Shown: positions 54,874-64,000 of the stretch, one piece after another | How positions within the stretch are numbered: the first letter of the stretch is position 1 | Layout of the letters: every line of letters begins with the position of its first letter | Origin: the human T2T-CHM13v2.0 reference genome, Homo sapiens | Strand: one strand, 5' to 3' | Length of the DNA: 64,000 bases | NCBI RefSeq assembly: GCF_009914755.1 | Contig: NC_060934.1 | The notes under the pieces: generated by a model | What the model was told of the DNA's origin: nothing | The model's input: the letters and a program-made list of their open reading frames with translations, nothing else | Database searches by the model: none | Translations under genes and position numbers: made by a program

Positions 54874-57359
54874 GTCACAAATCAATAGATCATTTCAGAA
54901 CTCAATCCAAAACTCATATGTTCCAATAGAGTTGGGAGGGTGAAAAAGCGGACAAGTGTAACGCCATTAATCATGATCTGGAGGGTGAGAAGAGAGGAGA
55001 CAGATGCCCCAGATAGATATAATTAGTATTAGTGCAGTCCACCAAGGGCTTAAAGTGTGGCCCAGGAGTCAAGATGTCCAAGCATCAGGAGTGTGTCAGC
55101 AGGCTGATGTTTACAAAGGTTAGGACTTTCTACCAGCTTATTTAAAGTCTGTTCCAGCGAGCTCTGTTTCCACGAGACGTTACTAGAAAAATGGAGGCTG
55201 TAGCCAAGTTTGGGAGATGGGCTATTTGACATTAATGTACCAAAATGTACACATTTTAAGCAGAGGTTGTAGTGGTCAGTGTTTCTGAAGCTTATTTGAC
55301 CATCAATTTTTTTGTCCACAGAAAAGCCAAATACATTTGGTAAGTGTTGTGTGTCCTTAACAGCGAAAAGAGAACTGGCAAGAAAAAGGTGAAAGGCCAA
55401 TCAGAGAAAAAGAACCTGAATTTTCAGGCAGATTTTTAAGAAAGATATTAAAACATTGATAACCAAAGTTCAGTGATCAGAACTTGGGCATATAGAGATT
55501 ATGGTTCATAAAGGACAACGGGCCCATGAGATATTAGCAGCATGGGCCTTTGTTGTTGGATCATCTGAACACTGGACTAGAAGAAGTGTTCAGGTGAATC
55601 CTCTAAATTGTAGAAGCAATTTTCCAAGAATGAGCCATGTTCAAGGTAAAAGTGGAGTTATTTTTTTGAGGGGAGGGAGCAGTGCAATGCACAGGGTGTC
55701 CAGTCATGACTGGAAGATCAATTAAAAGCAGAATCATGGAGAGTAGAAAAGGGTGAAGAAGACACAAGGCAAGGCTTGATAATGTACATGTACACATGTG
55801 TTTATGTATACAGTACACAGAAGTATGTATGTATGCTTGTATTACACACACAGAAAGAAATCACTAGAGTCCCATATTCATTATTTATGTTGTGATCTTC
55901 AGAAGTTTAGAGGTAATTAAAAATAGCATGTCTAGTTTCACAATAATTTGGGAGATGCACATTTTTTAAAAACTCAAATTAAATAAGTTTGTTCAATATT
56001 TTTAGAGATCTCATGAAATAGACCCAGAAGAGAGCCAATGCTTTCCTCTCTAATATGTAAACATATCTTATTTAGAGAAATATAGTTAGAAAGTCTGGCA
56101 GAAATCAGTCCAATGGTTTTTCCTGAAAGCAAAGTCAACTATTGATACCTAGAAAGTTCTTTGGGGAAAGTGTAAGGAACCAGTAAGTGATTAAAGTACA
56201 TATTTGACACATGTTATTCACCACATCATTAATTACTCACTTTTCCTCCATATGCAGGTCAGATGATGGTTGGATAGAGTGTTGGATTTTATAATGTTAC
56301 ATTGTTATAAATTGTAGGGGTAGAAGACAAGAGAAGCCATCAGGTGCACCTTTCTATAAATGTGGGTTGGGATGAGGAAAAAGGAAGACAGTTGTGACCA
56401 GGTTCATTGGGCCTTGAGAGAGTGATGGTATATGGGTTAGCTTGAACTAATCTAGAACCTTCTTCTTAACAATTAACAGAACTAGAAAGAATACTTATAT
56501 CTTTTGGATTTATAAAGGCGATCATAAAATAACTTAAAAATACTTGAAGAAAAGACCTGAACCCAAATGGCTTCATATCAAACTACAAGCAATTCTTGGT
56601 TAGGAGAGGCTAATACAGTGCATCAAACCTAAACCACTCTGCAGTCTTTTACTACCACCTTCGTTTGATCTTCTTTCATCTTCTTTGTCCCATGATTTCT
56701 ATTCTATCTCATTCTGCAGGCATCAGAACCCACGTAGTTATTTGAAAGGTTCTCTCCCCATAATCTAAAGACTCCAGCTTGACTAAAGTTCTAAAGCTCC
56801 AAAGACCCCAAATTCAAGAGCTTTTATGCTTCTTTAGCTTCTTTTCTTATTTTTGGATTCTGTAAGAATACATGCCCATGATGGAGTTGCTGGGCAGGCT
56901 TTCCAGTCCCCAAGAAGGGACATATTCCTGTCTTCTGAGGGTGCTGTAGGTCTTCTGTTGGGCTGGGGGAGGATTCATGGTCTTACTTTTGGAGGGGAAA
57001 ACGCCCCTTCTTATCTGAGCTCCATTTTTTCTCATAGACAAAAGGGTTTACTGTCATTATTATTATTATTGTTATCTGTCCTCGACGTAGCAGAAGCTAA
57101 ATACATTTTTTGGTTTGAAACAACAGGCTAGACATCCATAGTATTACTTGTAGTGCACCAACATAAACAATACCAAACTAGAATGTTCTCTTCTCCTTTC
57201 CCTTTTCTTCTCAAATAATGCAGTCCTGAAGACATAATATGAGACATTGCAAAGGCTGTGTTCAGGATGATTGTTGGTGCTGGGCAGGGAGGCTGCAGTG
57301 GACTAGGCTTGGGCTTTGGAGCCCAAGTGAGAGGAAAAAGTAAAACGTTTATGAAGTAG

Positions 57360-59530
57360 GAAGGAGATTGCCTGGTGAGTGGTGTCAGAGTTGAAGTGGG
57401 TATGGGGGTGTCCATATGTAGAGTGGCTTCGTGCGTAGTGTCAAAGTCCAAGGGAATCTTCATGGGGAAAGGAGTAGTAGCAACAATGGAAGATTGGTTA
57501 TATGTAGTAATATTAATCCATAAGTAAATATATTAAAGGCAGTGAGAGCCATGCTTCTCTTTGGAGGGGAAGAAAAATTGCAAATAAGAGAAAGAAAACT
57601 AGGATGAACCTTTTTGTATGAGACTGGAATTATAGCCATTAATCTGAACTCATGGTTTTCAATATGTGTGTCTATCTACATATGTGTGTGTGTGTGTGTC
57701 TGTGTGTGTGTGTGTGTGTAAATATGTGTACAGGCATGCGGTGTGTGTGCATTCCTTAGTTCTGTCAGGTGAGAGAGCCTGGGATTAATGACACTCCACA
57801 TCTTGGCATCTAAATACCATTCTTCTCCAAAAGAAACCAGTTTGTCCTGGAGAAACATTAGTTTGCAAGAAAAGTACAAGACAAGCCAAGCCTGGAATGT
57901 CTTTTTGTACCAGAAAGCAAAGGAGTTCTCAAAAAGAATGATGAGATGTTCACATATAAGTGAGACCATATAATATTTTTCTTTCTGTATCTGGTTTATT
58001 TCACTTAGCATAATGTACTCCAGGGTTATCCATGTTGCAGCAAATGGCAGGATTTCCTACTATTTAAAGGCTGAATAATATTCAGTTTCTTTATCTATTT
58101 GTCCTCCATGGACACTCAGGTTATTTCCATATCTTGGCTATTCTAAATAATGTTGCAATGAACATGGGCATGGAGATATCTTTATGAGGTGGTGATTTTA
58201 TTTTCTTTGAGTATATACCCAGAAGAGGAATTGCTGGGTCATATGGTAACTCTGTTTTTAATCTCTTGTGGGCTGTGTGTGTGTGTGTGTGTGAGAGAGA
58301 GAGTGTGTGTGAGAGAGTGTGTGTGTGTTTGAGATAGAGAATAAAATAGTGGCTACCAGAGGCAGGATTAAGGGTAGGAAATGGGGAGATGTAGGTCAAA
58401 AGATACTAAGTAGCAGATATGTAGGATGAACAAATTTAAAGATACAAAGTACAACATGAAGACTATAGTTAATTATAGTGTATTGTATTCAGGATTTTTG
58501 CTAAATGACTAGATTGTAACTGCTCCTGCCACAGAGGAAAAATAGATAACTATGTGAGACGATTTGTTTCATGATAGTAACTGTTATACTGTATATGTGT
58601 AGCTGAAAACAGCATATATTATGCCTTAAGTATACACAATAAAATTTATTTTTTTAAATGATGAGAATATATTAAAAGGACACATAAGCCTTTTTAAACG
58701 GCTCCTACTGGCCAAATTTGGGATGAATTGAGAATTATAATAAATAATGTTAGTAATTGATTATAGCTGATTAAATGACATAGAAAAAAGAATTTGTTCT
58801 GATATAAATAAACCAATGAATAAGATAAATATTTGTTGAGGAACAGGATATTTACATGGTCTCACCTTGTCACAAAATACTTATTAATTACAACAGGAAA
58901 CAGTGAATCTACATTGAAGAGGCCAGTCATACCCCATTTGAATCCAGTAATCAGTATGAACATCATTAATGATGAGTCAAGTCCCATAGGATATAATCAG
59001 AAGAATGAGACATCACATCAATAATGTGTAACCTGTATCTAATTATGAGGGAACATCAGGAAAACCAAAATTGATAGATTGTCCACAAAACAACTGTCTT
59101 GTAGTCTTCAAAAAATGTCAAAGTCATGAAAGTCAAGGAAAGACTGAAGAAATGTCTCAAACTGAAGAAAATAAATACAATATGACAGCTAAGTACAATG
59201 CTTACTTGTGATCCAGAGCTTTTTGTCACAAAGGCCATTATTGGAACAACTGGTGAAATTTGAATAGAATCTGAAAATTAGATGATAGCCCTGTGGTAAA
59301 GTTAATTTCCCAGAGCATTCGATGATAGCAATGCGGTAAAGTTAATTTCCCAATTTTGATATTTATATCACAGTCATGTATAAAAAAATGTCCTCATTTG
59401 TGAGAAATACACACTAGAGTACTTAAGAGTAGTGGAGAATCAATTTGGCAATTTACACTAAAAAATTTGCAGGAAAAAACATTCCTTTCACTATATTGGA
59501 AACTTTCCTGTAAGTTTAGAGTTAGTGACT
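57360..59530 (+). mobile_element. L1MC3/L1MC4-type long 3' end, with (TG)n at ~57683-57718 and a nested L1MA7
   Basis: taagtaaatatattaa...gaactcatggttttc...gtaccagaaagcaa...aaaatgtcaaagtcatgaaagtcaaggaaagactga...ttttgtcacaaagg. Confidence 0.82.
57947..58656 (+). mobile_element. L1MA7-type element with 5' inversion (57947-58268 antisense; ~58330-58656 sense)
   Basis: ggggagatgtaggtcaaaagata...tagcagatatgtaggatgaacaa; TSD aatgatgaga at 57937-57946 and 58657-58666. Confidence 0.88.
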
Positions 59531-60067
59531 TCTTGACAAACACCTGAAATCTGAGCTTTAAAACTGTAAAATGAAACTATAAGAAAAGAGGAAAAAAGAT
59601 ACGATGCTGAATTAAACATATGTATCACATACAAGTGCCACTCTTGGATGAAATGCTCTTGGTACAGAGCCTGCTGGTAGGTTAATAGGAGGAACATACC
59701 GATTTCCATGCCATGTTCAAAGGTGAATTTGATCATTCTATGCAAATTATATCTGTACTGGAGACTTGTAATTAGTCTAAGCATAATATGATTAGGTGGA
59801 TGAAATATTTTGGAGTTTGGTTTTGTTTTAAATGTAAATACTCATGAAAAGTAAAACATACTGCACTGTGTCCCTGGGAATATTTTTGTTATCTTTAAAA
59901 TACTCAGTATTATAGGCATTTATTAACACAGCCTTACATTTGCCCGGTTTGACCTGGAGGCCGAAATGAATTGTGACTTATGTCCCAGCTGGTGTTCCCA
60001 AATTATGGCAAGGACTGGATGTCATTTGTTGCTGTGAATGACTTCTTGCCAGAAACCTGAGATCTAA

Positions 60068-60469
<402 letters not shown>

Positions 60470-60581
60470 TGAAAACATCCCCTTCAACTCTGTCGTTGCC
60501 ATGTGAAAAGATCAAATTGAATAATCTACTACCCAGTGTCTCTTTATGTATGAAGGCTTTAAGCCAAACACAGGATACCAT

Positions 60582-60916
60582 TGTCTTAATCTTCCTGCTG
60601 TATAACAAAATTACTTAAACTGGGTAATTAATAAACAATAGAAGTTTTTTGCTCACAGTTGTGGAGGTTGGAAAGTTCAAGTGTCTAGTGAGATCTCTGT
60701 GCTGCATAGATGGTGACTTCTTGCTGTGTCCACACATAGTGGAAAGGGTAAACAGGCTCCCTTGGGCCTCTTTTATAAGGCTACTAATCATATTTATGAA
60801 AGCAGAGCTTTCATGACCTAATCACTTCCCAAGGCTCCACCTTTTAATACCACCACCTGGGGATTTAGGTTTGAACATATGAATTTTGGAGAGACACAGA
60901 CATTCAGACCATAGCA
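60582..60916 (-). mobile_element. MLT1A-type MaLR solo LTR
   Basis: tgtctta...aactgggtaattaataaacaatagaa...gctcacagttgtggagg...tcatgacctaatcacttccca...cattcagaccatagca. Confidence 0.88.
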
Positions 60917-61228
60917 GCTATTTACCCATGCAAATAACAAATCCAGTGATCAAGAAGCTAGTCATCACCACAGTTGGTCAGTTGCAACCACTGAATAAAG
61001 ACAATGGGATATTTAGCTGGAAAGATGTTCAGATGACATTTCTTTTCTAATTTTCATTGAAATTTTTCAAAGCTGCTAGAAGTTAGACTTTTTTAAAAAC
61101 ACTCCCATTAAAAACCAGAGAAGCTATGCTCTTGTTTATATTGGAATCAAACCAAATTTAACCCCCTTTTAAGATTTTCTTGGCTGTAAGAATTTCTTGG
61201 TAATGGCTGAAAGAGCCCTGATTATTTT

Positions 61229-61783
61229 TTTAATTTGACTTTTATTTAAGTTCAGGGGTACATATGAAGGTTTGTTATATAGGTAAACTTGTGTCATGGG
61301 GTTTGTTTTACAGATTATTTCATCACCCAGGTATTAAGCCTATACCCATTAATTGTTTTCCCGATCCTCTCCCTCCTCCCACCCTCCACCCTCCAATAGG
61401 CCCCAGTGTGTGTTGTTCCCCTCTATGTGTCCATGTGTTCTCATCATTTAGCTCCCACTTATAAGTGACAACATGCAGTATTTAGTTTTCTGTTCCCGTG
61501 TTAGTTTGCTAGGGATAATGGCCTCCAGTTCCATCCGTGTTCCTGCAGAGGACAAGATTGTATTCTTTTTGATGGATGCATAGCAAATACCATTTGACAC
61601 AGCAATACCATTACTGGGTATATACCCAAAGAAATGTAAATTGTTCCATTATAAAGATACATGCATGTGTATATTCATTGCAGCACTATTCACAATAGCA
61701 AAGACATAGCATCAACCCAAATGTTTGATCAGTGGTAGACTTGATAAATAAAATGTGGTACATATACACCATGGAATACTATG
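61229..61783 (-). mobile_element. L1PA12/13-type element with 5' inversion (61229-61583 antisense; 61584-61783 inverted)
   Basis: aagttcaggggtacat...ggtaaacttgtgtcatgggg...; TSD gagccctgattatttt / gagccctggtgatttt. Confidence 0.92.
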
Positions 61784-62418
61784 GAGCCCTGGTGATTTTA
61801 TCCAGTTGATGATACACTTGGGATTACTAAAGCATAGCCATAGCCAGTTAGGCCACTTCGTGTTATTCATAAGGAATAAGTCAAACTTTGGACTGCCTGG
61901 TAACATTTCTTCATATTAAGTCCTACCTTATTCTGAGTGCAAATCCATCATCAGGTAGTACCTGTTTTCTCCATGGACTGGACAGGGTGCATTTATAAGC
62001 CCATCTTTGTGTTTAGACTGTACTATTAAGAGGAATATAGCAAGGACACCTCTTCTCCATTTCACATGAAGATGGATGTATTAAGTATTAACTAGGTGTT
62101 TGCAAAATACTTTCAAGGAAAAAAATGCAATAAAAGTGCTAAATATAATTATTATTAAAAAATTATGACAATCATTTAGATGAGTAATTTTAAAGCTCTT
62201 CATTAAACATGATTGGATATTATGTTAATTCATTAAGCTCTACTTCAAGTGGTAGATAAATAAGGTGCATTATTAATATGTCATAAACTAAATGAAATAA
62301 TGCCTCATAGGCCTATTATTTTTAAAGTGCCTTGCAAATATTAACAAATGCTTACATTCTTTTGAGGACAACTTGTACGATTTGATAGGAATTGTTGCAG
62401 TAATTTTGTTTCTCATAA

Positions 62419-62691
<273 letters not shown>

Positions 62692-62934
62692 TAAACTACC
62701 CAAATAAAGTCTTTGTGAATATTTTAGAAACTTTTTTGTCAGTTTTCTAAGCTTATATTTGTGATCTGTGCGCTTGTGTATGTCTGTATTTCTTTCACAA
62801 AGTGTCTTATTGTATATAATGTCTCATATATTCCATTTCTAGTTAAAATATTAAACAGACCACCCTTCCCACACTATTTATGGGCTTGCAATGCTATTTT
62901 TTCACTAAAAACAAGTAAAGAAACAAGCAAGTAA

Positions 62935-64000
62935 AGAAACAAAAAAGCAGGGTTTCTTAGACAAATGGCTAATCCTAGGTCTGGTGTATAAGATGAGCCT
63001 GAAACATTTTCATAACAGATAGTAAGAAAAGTAGGGCCCATCAAGAGTACTCATGATCCAACCTGGAGCCCAGGCACTCACAGCATCAGAAGCCAACTGG
63101 CTGAATGTTGGACAATTCAGGCAATAACATCAATGGATTGAAATACATCAAATATGTTAAAAATCCATGCCTTCAAAATAATACAAAAGTAAAAAAATAA
63201 CTGTTTACCAATGCAGGATGCTTGTAAATCAACTTATGATTAAAACAACAAACTAATAAATAGAAGGAAAGAAGAAGGTTTTATCCTGTTTTAAATTGTC
63301 TTTATTTGTATTAAATGTATGTGGTAAGTGTAATTTTGTTACATGGATAGATCATGTAGTGGCAAAGTCAAGGCTTTTAGGGTATTCATCATCCAAATTA
63401 ATGTACACTAAGAAACTTCTTATCATCCATCCCCTCAACCTCCCCCTTTCCAAGTCCCTATTGTTTATTATTCCACATGTGAGCATGTTATTTACCGCCC
63501 ACTAAATATCTATGTCCACGTGTGCATATTTTCTAGCTCCCACTTGTGAGAACATGCGGTACTTTCTGTCTCTGAGCTGTTTCACTTAAGATAATGGCCT
63601 ACAGTTCCATCCATGTTGCTGCAAAAGACATGATTTTATCTATTTGCATGGCTTCATGGTATTCTATTATATACATATGCCACATTTTATCTCCTCTATC
63701 AACAAGTAACCAAATAGTAGATGGAGTTTTTTTTTTTAATAGAAGTATATTACAGCTGGCAAGTGAGAAAGAACTGTCAGAATTAGTATACCACAATTTT
63801 CCAACTCTAAATTAATTAATAGACCAAGACATTGATTATTAACAGCTGTTAACATCAATAAAACAGAGTACAACTAAATAGCATATACTTCCTGGTGAAA
63901 TAATGCACACCACTCATGAACTAGTATTGTTTAAAAAATATGAACCTAGTTCTGGTCAAACTTCTAGATCCAACTACTAATTTATAGAAAATCAGATGAT
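62935..64000 (+). mobile_element. L1MC5-type 3' region, interrupted by an L1PB and running off the window
   Basis: cagggtttcttagacaaatggct...ctaggtctgg...aagatgagcctgaaaca...ggattgaaatacatcaaatatgtt; resumes at ~63700 (taaccaaatagtagatg). Confidence 0.7.
63289..63691 (-). mobile_element. L1PB4-type 3' end
   Basis: gtgtaattttgttacatggataga...gtagtggcaaagtcaaggcttttagggta...cacttaagataatggcc...catccatgttgctgcaaaagacatgatttt. Confidence 0.85.

Overview
Primate (human-like) nuclear genomic DNA: AT-rich, CpG-depleted and intronic or intergenic in character. Much of the window is transposable-element debris: 14 Alu-family insertions (FLAM, AluJ, AluS, AluY), L1 fragments from L1MC/MB/MA to L1PA2, MaLR/ERVL/ERV1 solo LTRs, Tigger and hAT DNA-transposon fossils, MIR/L2/L3 and microsatellites. 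I recognise no protein-coding exon, RNA gene, CRISPR array or prokaryotic system. The supplied ORFs are explained by Alu, L1 and simple-repeat sequence or look like chance ORFs, and I cannot name the locus. The best-supported unusual structures are retrotransposition scars: a very young 5'-truncated AluY with a perfect 16-bp TSD (62.5 kb), two twin-primed inverted L1s, an internally inverted L1MC, an Alu tail fused to an L1PA2 3' end, and exact 37-bp and 77-bp tandem duplications. Speculative leads in repeat-free sequence are a minus-strand promoter/exon cluster at 38.6-39.8 kb beside a long UG-rich tract, a C/D-box-like motif set and a 42-nt exon-like unit at 47.5-47.8 kb. Repeat subfamily names come from remembered consensus sequences, and boundaries of old repeats are approximate. 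I found no convincing new biological system.
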